NCBI GenBank assembly: GCA_946480445.1
Contig: CAMLJN010000001.1
Coordinates: 113,352 to 153,351, forward strand
Reading direction: 5' to 3'
Source: an uncultured Buttiauxella sp.
GTDB taxonomy: Bacteria; Pseudomonadota; Gammaproteobacteria; Enterobacterales; Enterobacteriaceae
DNA: 40,000 bases
This document shows, piece by piece, positions 33,752 to 40,000 of the stretch. Position 1 is the stretch's first letter. Each line of letters opens with the position of its first letter. Under the pieces are notes generated by a model. That model did not search any database, had not been told where the DNA came from, and worked only from the letters and a program-made list of their open reading frames with translations. A program made the translations under genes and the position numbers.

Positions 33752-34831
33752 TTACAGAACGTCAACCGCGTTCAGTTCTTTGAAAGCCTGCTCCAGACGG
33801 GTGATCATGGAAGTCTGTGCAGCACGCAGCCAAACGCGTGGATCGTAGTATTTCTTGTTCGGCTGATCTGCGCCTTTAGGGTTGCCCAGCTGGCCCTGCA
33901 GGTAAGCTTCGTTTTCTTTGTAGTAGTTCAGGATACCGTCCCATGTTGCCCACTGGGTGTCGGTGTCGATGTTCATTTTGATAACACCGTAGCTGACGGA
34001 ATCTTTGATTTCCTGAGCGGTAGAACCGGAGCCGCCGTGGAATACGAAGTTCAGGGAGTTGTGCGGCAGGTTATGTTTCTTAGAAACATAGTCCTGGGAA
34101 TCGCGCAGGATAGTTGGGGTCAGTACCACGTTACCTGGCTTATAAACGCCGTGTACGTTACCGAAGGAAGCAGCGATGGTGAAACGCGGGCTGATTTTGC
34201 TCAGCTCGGTGTATGCGTAATCAACATCTTCCGGCTGGGTGTAAAGTGCGGAAGCGTCCATGTGGCTGTTGTCCACGCCATCTTCTTCACCGCCGGTGCA
34301 GCCCAGTTCGATTTCCAGAGTCATGCCAATTTTGGACATGCGAGCCAGGTATTTGGAACTGATTTCGATGTTCTCTTCCAGGGACTCTTCGGACAGGTCA
34401 ATCATGTGAGAAGAGAACAGAGGTTTACCGGTAGCCGCGAAGTGTTTTTCACCCGCGTCCAGCAGGCCGTCGATCCACGGCAGCAGTTTCTTCGCGCAGT
34501 GGTCGGTGTGCAGGATAACAGGCACGCCGTAGTGCTCAGCCATCTGGTGAACGTGGTGTGCGCCAGAGATGGCACCCAGGATTGCTGCACCCTGTGGCAC
34601 GTCGGTTTTCACGCCTTTGCCCGCGATAAACGCAGCGCCACCGTTGGAGAACTGTACGATAACCGGCGCTTTTACTTTCGCTGCGGTTTCCAGAACGGCG
34701 TTGATAGAGTCGGTGCCGACGCAGTTAACTGCTGGCAGAGCAAAGTTGTTCTCTTTTGCTACCTGGAAAACTTTCTGTACGTCATCACCAGTGATTACGC
34801 CTGGTTTTACGAAATCAAAAATTTTAGACAT
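33752..34831 (-). CDS. fbaA: Class II fructose-bisphosphate aldolase
   Basis: 359 aa from MSKIFDFVKPGVITGDDVQKVFQVAKENNFALPAVNCVG. Confidence 0.97.
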   Translation of the reverse strand: MSKIFDFVKPGVITGDDVQKVFQVAKENNFALPAVNCVGTDSINAVLETAAKVKAPVIVQFSNGGAAFIAGKGVKTDVPQGAAILGAISGAHHVHQMAEHYGVPVILHTDHCAKKLLPWIDGLLDAGEKHFAATGKPLFSSHMIDLSEESLEENIEISSKYLARMSKIGMTLEIELGCTGGEEDGVDNSHMDASALYTQPEDVDYAYTELSKISPRFTIAASFGNVHGVYKPGNVVLTPTILRDSQDYVSKKHNLPHNSLNFVFHGGSGSTAQEIKDSVSYGVIKMNIDTDTQWATWDGILNYYKENEAYLQGQLGNPKGADQPNKKYYDPRVWLRAAQTSMITRLEQAFKELNAVDVL

Positions 34832-34930
34832 GTTACGTTGTCCTGTATCGTTGGCCGTTAGAAAAACTGTGTATCGCCCGGGTTGTTGGGCGACCAAAAA
34901 ACAACGGGCAGGATACCCTGCCCGTAACAA

Positions 34931-36094
34931 TTACTTCTTCGCGCGCTCTTCGAGCATCGCTACTGCTGGCAGAACTTTGCCTTCCACGAATTCGAGGAAT
35001 GCACCACCACCAGTGGAGATGTAGGAGATCTTGTCGGCAATACCGAACAGGTCGATAGCCGCCAGGGTGTCACCGCCGCCGGCAATAGAGAAGGCTTCGC
35101 TGTCTGCGATGGCGTTAGCCACGATTTCAGTCCCTTTACGGAAGTTAGGGAATTCGAACACGCCAACCGGGCCGTTCCACAGAATGGTTTTTGCATTCTT
35201 CAGGATCTCAGCCAGCTTCTGTGCGGAAACGTCGCCCAGGTCCAGAATCTGCTCTTCATCTTTGATGTCGCTGACGGATTTCAGAGTCGCAGTCGCTGTT
35301 TCGGAGAATTCAGTGGCTACGCGAACATCCGTTGGCACAGGGATGTCACAGGTCGTCAGCAGGCGTTTAGCTTCATCAACCAGGTCTGCTTCGTACAGGG
35401 ATTTACCTACGTTATGGCCTTGAGCCGCCACGAAGGTATTCGCGATGCCGCCGCCAACAATCAGCTGGTCAGCGATTTTGGACAGGGAATCCAGCACGGT
35501 CAGTTTAGTAGAAACTTTAGACCCGCCAACGATAGCCACCATTGGGCGAGCTGGGTTGCCCAGGGCTTTACCCAGCGCATCCAGCTCAGCGGCCAGCAGT
35601 GGGCCTGCGCAAGCGATGTCTGCAAATTTACCTACGCCGTGAGTGGAAGCCTGTGCACGGTGAGCGGTACCGAAAGCATCCATCACGAATACGTCACACA
35701 GGGCAGCGTATTTTTTGGACAGGGCTTCGTCGTCTTTCTTTTCGCCTTTGTTAAAGCGAACGTTTTCCAGCACAACCAGTTCACCCGCGGCTACTTCAAC
35801 GCCGTCGAGGTAATCTTTAGCCAGGCGAACCGGAGAAGACAGTTTGTCTTTCAGGTAGTTAACAACCGGCAGCAGAGAGAATTCTTCGTTGTACTCGCCT
35901 TCGGTCGGACGCCCCAGGTGAGACGTCACCATGACTTTTGCACCTTGCTTCAGGGCCAGTTCAATGGTCGGCAGAGATGCACGGATACGTGCGTCAGATG
36001 TCACTTTCCCTTCTTTAACTGGTACGTTCAAATCAGCACGGATCAGAACGCGCTTACCAGCCAAATCCAGATCGGTCATCTTAATTACAGACAT
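34931..36094 (-). CDS. pgk: Phosphoglycerate kinase
   Basis: 387 aa; [44 protein letters not shown]. Confidence 0.98.
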   Translation of the reverse strand: MSVIKMTDLDLAGKRVLIRADLNVPVKEGKVTSDARIRASLPTIELALKQGAKVMVTSHLGRPTEGEYNEEFSLLPVVNYLKDKLSSPVRLAKDYLDGVEVAAGELVVLENVRFNKGEKKDDEALSKKYAALCDVFVMDAFGTAHRAQASTHGVGKFADIACAGPLLAAELDALGKALGNPARPMVAIVGGSKVSTKLTVLDSLSKIADQLIVGGGIANTFVAAQGHNVGKSLYEADLVDEAKRLLTTCDIPVPTDVRVATEFSETATATLKSVSDIKDEEQILDLGDVSAQKLAEILKNAKTILWNGPVGVFEFPNFRKGTEIVANAIADSEAFSIAGGGDTLAAIDLFGIADKISYISTGGGAFLEFVEGKVLPAVAMLEERAKK

Positions 36095-36143
36095 GGTGAA
36101 TCCTCTCGTTGATTCTTAAAGTTTTGCAGACGCATAGCGCGCC

Positions 36144-37163
36144 TTACCTGAAACCACTTGCAGCCATGACTAACGTCGTGTCGAGCATTCGGTTAGCAAA
36201 GCCCCATTCATTATCACACCAGACCAGAGTTTTAATCAGGTGTTGTCCACTGACCCGCGTTTGCGTGCCGTCAATAATGGCACTGTGCGGATCGTGGTTA
36301 AAATCAGTCGAGACCAACGGTAATTCCGTATAGTCAACTATACCATGAAATGTATCCTGCGCCGATTTTTGCAGCAACAGGTTGACTTCATTGGCATTTA
36401 CCGCGTTACGCACCGTAACGCTCAAATCTATTGCCGTCACGTTAATGGTCGGCACACGCACCGCAATCGCTTCAAAACGATCGTTAAACTGCGGGAATAT
36501 ACGTGTGATCCCGGCAGCAAGACGCGTATCAACCGGGATGATTGACTGACTCGCCGCGCGGGTACGACGCAGGTCGGGATGATAAGCATCGATCACCTGC
36601 TGATCGTGCATGGCCGAGTGAATGGTCGTTACCGTGCCCCACTCAATGCCAAAGGCATCATCAAGCAACTTAATAATAGGGATAATACAGTTGGTGGTGC
36701 AGGAGGCATTGGAAACAATACGGTGCCCGGCAATGATGTCTTCGTGATTGACGCCGTAGACCACGGTGGCATCCAAATCGTTACCGCCAGGATGGGAGAA
36801 GAGAACCTTTTTGGCGCCTGCGGCAAGATGGGCTTCACCGTCGGCCCGGGAGCCAAACACGCCCGTGCAATCAAGCACAATATCCACGCCAAGGTCACGC
36901 CACGGCAGGGCTTCAATGGTGGATTCATGAAGCAGACGAATCGTATCGTCCCCCACCCAAAGTTGGTCGCGCTCCTGGCGAACTTCCCAGGCAAAGCGTC
37001 CATGGCTGGTGTCGTATTTCAACAGATGCGCCATACCCGCAGCATCAGCCAGTTCATTGATTGCTACGACGGTAATTTCCGCACGGCGACCGGATTCGTA
37101 CAATGCACGTACCACGTTGCGCCCAATGCGACCGAAGCCATTAATTGCTATGCGTACGGTCAT
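36144..37163 (-). CDS. epd: Erythrose-4-phosphate dehydrogenase
   Basis: 339 aa from [40 protein letters not shown]; [12 protein letters not shown] active site. Confidence 0.96.
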   Translation of the reverse strand: MTVRIAINGFGRIGRNVVRALYESGRRAEITVVAINELADAAGMAHLLKYDTSHGRFAWEVRQERDQLWVGDDTIRLLHESTIEALPWRDLGVDIVLDCTGVFGSRADGEAHLAAGAKKVLFSHPGGNDLDATVVYGVNHEDIIAGHRIVSNASCTTNCIIPIIKLLDDAFGIEWGTVTTIHSAMHDQQVIDAYHPDLRRTRAASQSIIPVDTRLAAGITRIFPQFNDRFEAIAVRVPTINVTAIDLSVTVRNAVNANEVNLLLQKSAQDTFHGIVDYTELPLVSTDFNHDPHSAIIDGTQTRVSGQHLIKTLVWCDNEWGFANRMLDTTLVMAASGFR

Positions 37164-37423
37164 ATCTCTCCTGCCAGAATCCCTGGAACTTTGTGGCAGA
37201 CAGAGTAATCCAGCCGCCGTCTCAGGGGAATCCTCGCACTCACGAAACTGCAATTGATTGCTTAATTGTCGAACATTTAATCGACTGAAACGCTTCAGCT
37301 AGAATAAGCGAAACGGGGAATAAAAGGAATGTTGCCCCGGCACAGGCAACCGATCTTCTGACGTAGGTCACATTTTTTATGGAATAAATGAAACTAAAAA
37401 AGCGGGTGGGATGAATAACGAAC

Positions 37424-37447
37424 AAAAAAAAGGTCGCTTTCGCGACC
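37424..37447 (-). terminator. Terminator hairpin 2 between tktA and epd, sequence shared with the tktA terminator
   Basis: Minus strand: ggtcgc-gaaa-gcgacc followed by tttttttt; 20-nt direct repeat ggtcgctttcgcgacccgtt at 37432-37451 and 37594-37613. Confidence 0.7.
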
Positions 37448-37451
37448 CGTT

Positions 37452-37584
37452 CTGAATGATTTTTACTCTGACACAATCTTACGGCACAAATGTCGCCCTG
37501 ATTAATCAGGAAAATCAATTTTTTTGATTTTCGACAGCTCAATCACAATGAAGGAAAAACCACGTTTTTTCCTTCATTGTCTGT
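37452..37584 (-). repeat. Copy B of the structured non-coding element, inverted relative to copy A
   Basis: 15-bp perfect hairpin acaatgaaggaaaaa/tttttccttcattgt (37545-37559 with 37566-37580) and 9-bp hairpin gaaaatcaa/ttgattttc (37510-37518 with 37524-37532); core 37508-37580 aligns with 23111-23181. Confidence 0.65.
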
Positions 37585-37618
37585 AGCATAACGGGTCGCT
37601 TTCGCGACCCGTTATGCT
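37585..37618 (-). terminator. Strong hairpin directly downstream of tktA
   Basis: agcataacgggtcgc-tttc-gcgacccgttatgct perfect 15-bp stem. Confidence 0.7.
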
Positions 37619-37625
37619 ATGACGA

Positions 37626-39617
37626 TTACAGAATGGCTTTAGCCTGCTTCACCACATTCTCAACGGTGAAACCAAACTCTTCGAACAGCTGCTCGGCAGG
37701 CGCTGACTCACCGAAGGTGGTCATACCCACAACCGCACCGTTCAGGCCAACGTACTTGTACCAGTAGTCAGCGATGCTGGCTTCGATAGCCACGCGAGCG
37801 GCGACGGCTTTCGGCAGCACGGCCTCACGATAGGCAGCGTCCTGCTTGTCGAAGGCGTCGGTAGACGGCATGGAAACCACGCGCGCTTTCACGCCTTCGG
37901 CACTCAGCTTATCCCAGGCCGCCACGGCCAGTTCAACTTCGGAACCGGTCGCGATAAGGATAAGCTCTGGTGTCCCTGCGCAGTCTTTCAGGATATAAGC
38001 GCCACGGGCGATATCCGCCAGCTGCTGCTCAGTACGTTCCTGCTGGGCCAGGTTCTGACGGGAGAAGATCAGCGCGGTTGGGCCGTCCTGACGTTCCACC
38101 GCATATTTCCACGCTACCGCAGACTCAACCTGGTCACATGGACGCCATGTGCTCATGTTAGGCGTTACGCGCAGGGCAGCAAGCTGCTCTACCGGCTGGT
38201 GGGTTGGGCCATCTTCGCCCAGACCGATGGAGTCGTGGGTATAAACCATTACCTGACGCTGTTTCATGAGTGCCGCCATACGCACCGCGTTACGGGCATA
38301 CTCCACGAACATCAGGAACGTCGAGGTGTAAGGCAGGAAGCCGCCGTGCAGCGCGATACCGTTGGCAATCGCGGTCATACCGAACTCGCGCACGCCGTAA
38401 TGGATGTAGTTGCCAGCAACGTCTTCGTTGATTGGCTTAGAGCCGGACCACAGGGTCAGGTTGCTCGGTGCCAGGTCAGCGGAGCCGCCGAGGAATTCAG
38501 GCAGCAGATGACCAAAAGCTTCAATGGTGTTCTGAGAAGCTTTACGGCTGGCAATTTTCGCAGGGTTAGCCTGCAGATTTGCGATGAACGCCTGCGCTTT
38601 CGCAGCGAAATCAGCCGGCATGTCGCCTTTCATACGACGAGTAAATTCTGCCGCTTCCTGCGGGAAAGCTTTAGCGTAAGCCGCGAACTTCTCGTTCCAG
38701 CTAGCTTCTTTCGCCTGGCCTGCTTCACGGGCATCCCACTGCGCATAGATGTCCTGCGGGATTTCGAATGCCGGATGTTTCCAGTCAAGGGCTTCACGGG
38801 TCAGAGCAATCTCTGCATCACCTAACGGTGCACCGTGTGAATCGTGCGTACCGGCTTTGTTTGGTGAACCGAAACCGATGATGGTTTTGCACATCAGCAG
38901 AGAAGGTTTGTCGGTAACGCCTTTAGCTTCTTCAACGGCGCGTTTGATGGCGTCCGCATCGTGACCGTCCACGCCGCGAACAACGTGCCAGCCGTAGGCT
39001 TCAAAGCGCTTAGCGGTATCGTCGGTGAACCAACCTTCAACGTGGCCGTCAATTGAGATGCCGTTGTCATCGTAGAACGCCACCAGTTTGCCCAGCTTCA
39101 GCGTACCGGCAAGGGAACAAACTTCGTGGGAGATGCCTTCCATCATGCAGCCATCACCCATAAAGACGTAGGTGAAGTGGTCGACGATGTCATGACCAGG
39201 ACGGTTGAACTGCGCCGCCATAGTACGTTCAGCAATCGCCATACCTACTGCGTTCGCCACACCCTGACCCAGCGGGCCGGTTGTGGTTTCAACACCGGCG
39301 GTATAACCCACTTCCGGGTGACCTGGGGTTTTGGAATGCAGCTGACGGAAGTTTTTCAGCTCTTCAATCGGCAGATCGTAACCCGTGAGGTGCAGCAGGC
39401 TATAAATCAGCATGGAGCCGTGACCGTTGGACAGGACGAAACGGTCGCGGTCGGCCCAGGATGGATTCTGCGGGTTATGGTTCAGGAAATCACGCCACAG
39501 GACTTCTGCAATATCGGCCATTCCCATTGGGGCACCCGGGTGACCGGATTTGGCTTTTTGTACTGCGTCCATGCTGAGCGCACGAATAGCATTGGCAAGC
39601 TCTTTACGAGAGGACAT
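37626..39617 (-). CDS. tktA: Transketolase 1
   Basis: 663 aa from [49 protein letters not shown]. Confidence 0.96.
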   Translation of the reverse strand: MSSRKELANAIRALSMDAVQKAKSGHPGAPMGMADIAEVLWRDFLNHNPQNPSWADRDRFVLSNGHGSMLIYSLLHLTGYDLPIEELKNFRQLHSKTPGHPEVGYTAGVETTTGPLGQGVANAVGMAIAERTMAAQFNRPGHDIVDHFTYVFMGDGCMMEGISHEVCSLAGTLKLGKLVAFYDDNGISIDGHVEGWFTDDTAKRFEAYGWHVVRGVDGHDADAIKRAVEEAKGVTDKPSLLMCKTIIGFGSPNKAGTHDSHGAPLGDAEIALTREALDWKHPAFEIPQDIYAQWDAREAGQAKEASWNEKFAAYAKAFPQEAAEFTRRMKGDMPADFAAKAQAFIANLQANPAKIASRKASQNTIEAFGHLLPEFLGGSADLAPSNLTLWSGSKPINEDVAGNYIHYGVREFGMTAIANGIALHGGFLPYTSTFLMFVEYARNAVRMAALMKQRQVMVYTHDSIGLGEDGPTHQPVEQLAALRVTPNMSTWRPCDQVESAVAWKYAVERQDGPTALIFSRQNLAQQERTEQQLADIARGAYILKDCAGTPELILIATGSEVELAVAAWDKLSAEGVKARVVSMPSTDAFDKQDAAYREAVLPKAVAARVAIEASIADYWYKYVGLNGAVVGMTTFGESAPAEQLFEEFGFTVENVVKQAKAIL

Positions 39618-39897
39618 TTTCACTCCAGATCGGATGGTTGAAGGTCACGCCTTGTTTTACGACTTGACTACTAAGCGTTATGGGCTACGCCCGAAAAGTG
39701 CCCACAATGTACCGCAAGCCGTGGGCCATGTACATGGAGCATCCTTTTGTCCGGTTAAGAAATCTCTGGATCGCGCTCGCATGTTGCGCAAGTAGCTGCG
39801 CGGGATCTGTTATCTTCTTTATACTGTGCCTCACTCGTCGCCAATACAGGCGCGTGTTCACCCCCTGACTGTTGAAACAAATAAAGGATGACTGGCC

Positions 39898-40000
39898 ATG
39901 AAGATGCGCCCTATTTTACTGAGCCTGACGCTCGCCACCGCGCTGAGCGGCTGCCAAAACATGGATTCCAACGGTTTATTGACCTCCGGTGCGGAAGCCT
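39898..40000 (+). CDS. loiP: Metalloprotease LoiP (YggG), N-terminal lipoprotein signal region (runs off the window)
   Basis: MKMRPILLSLTLATALSGCQNMDSNGLLTSGAEA: lipobox LSGC and sequence typical of LoiP, upstream of and divergent from tktA. Confidence 0.88.
   Translation, partial: MKMRPILLSLTLATALSGCQNMDSNGLLTSGAEA

Noticed and set aside
34037-34861. 274-aa plus-strand ORF opposite fbaA
   Set aside because: Shadow ORF of highly biased fbaA codons.
37240-37542. 100-aa minus-strand ORF in the epd-tktA spacer as a possible small protein of the repeat element
   Set aside because: It covers only part of the element, extends past it toward epd, and copy A has no equivalent ORF in the shared core.

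Overview
This window is an enterobacterial core-chromosome segment. Most genes match, in order and content, the E. coli stretch from fldB through ygfZ, bglA, gcvPHT, ubiIH, pepP, zapA, ssrS (6S RNA), serA, rpiA, argP, argO, mscS, fbaA, pgk, epd and tktA to loiP. Four differences from the E. coli layout stand out: (i) an HD-domain gene plus an RpiR-family regulator upstream of bglA; (ii) an OmpR-type two-component system between bglA and ygfF; (iii) a complete tdcABCDEF operon between mscS and fbaA; (iv) epd directly adjacent to tktA. argO appears to be split by a 1-nt frameshift. The most unusual signal is a pair of structured, non-coding, about 140-nt elements, one downstream of argP and one downstream of tktA. 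Each has a conserved two-hairpin core of about 72 nt with a compensatory base-pair change, and each lies between two copies of the host gene's own terminator-like stem. I see no CRISPR array, prophage, defence island or transposase. No new protein system can be supported from the sequence.
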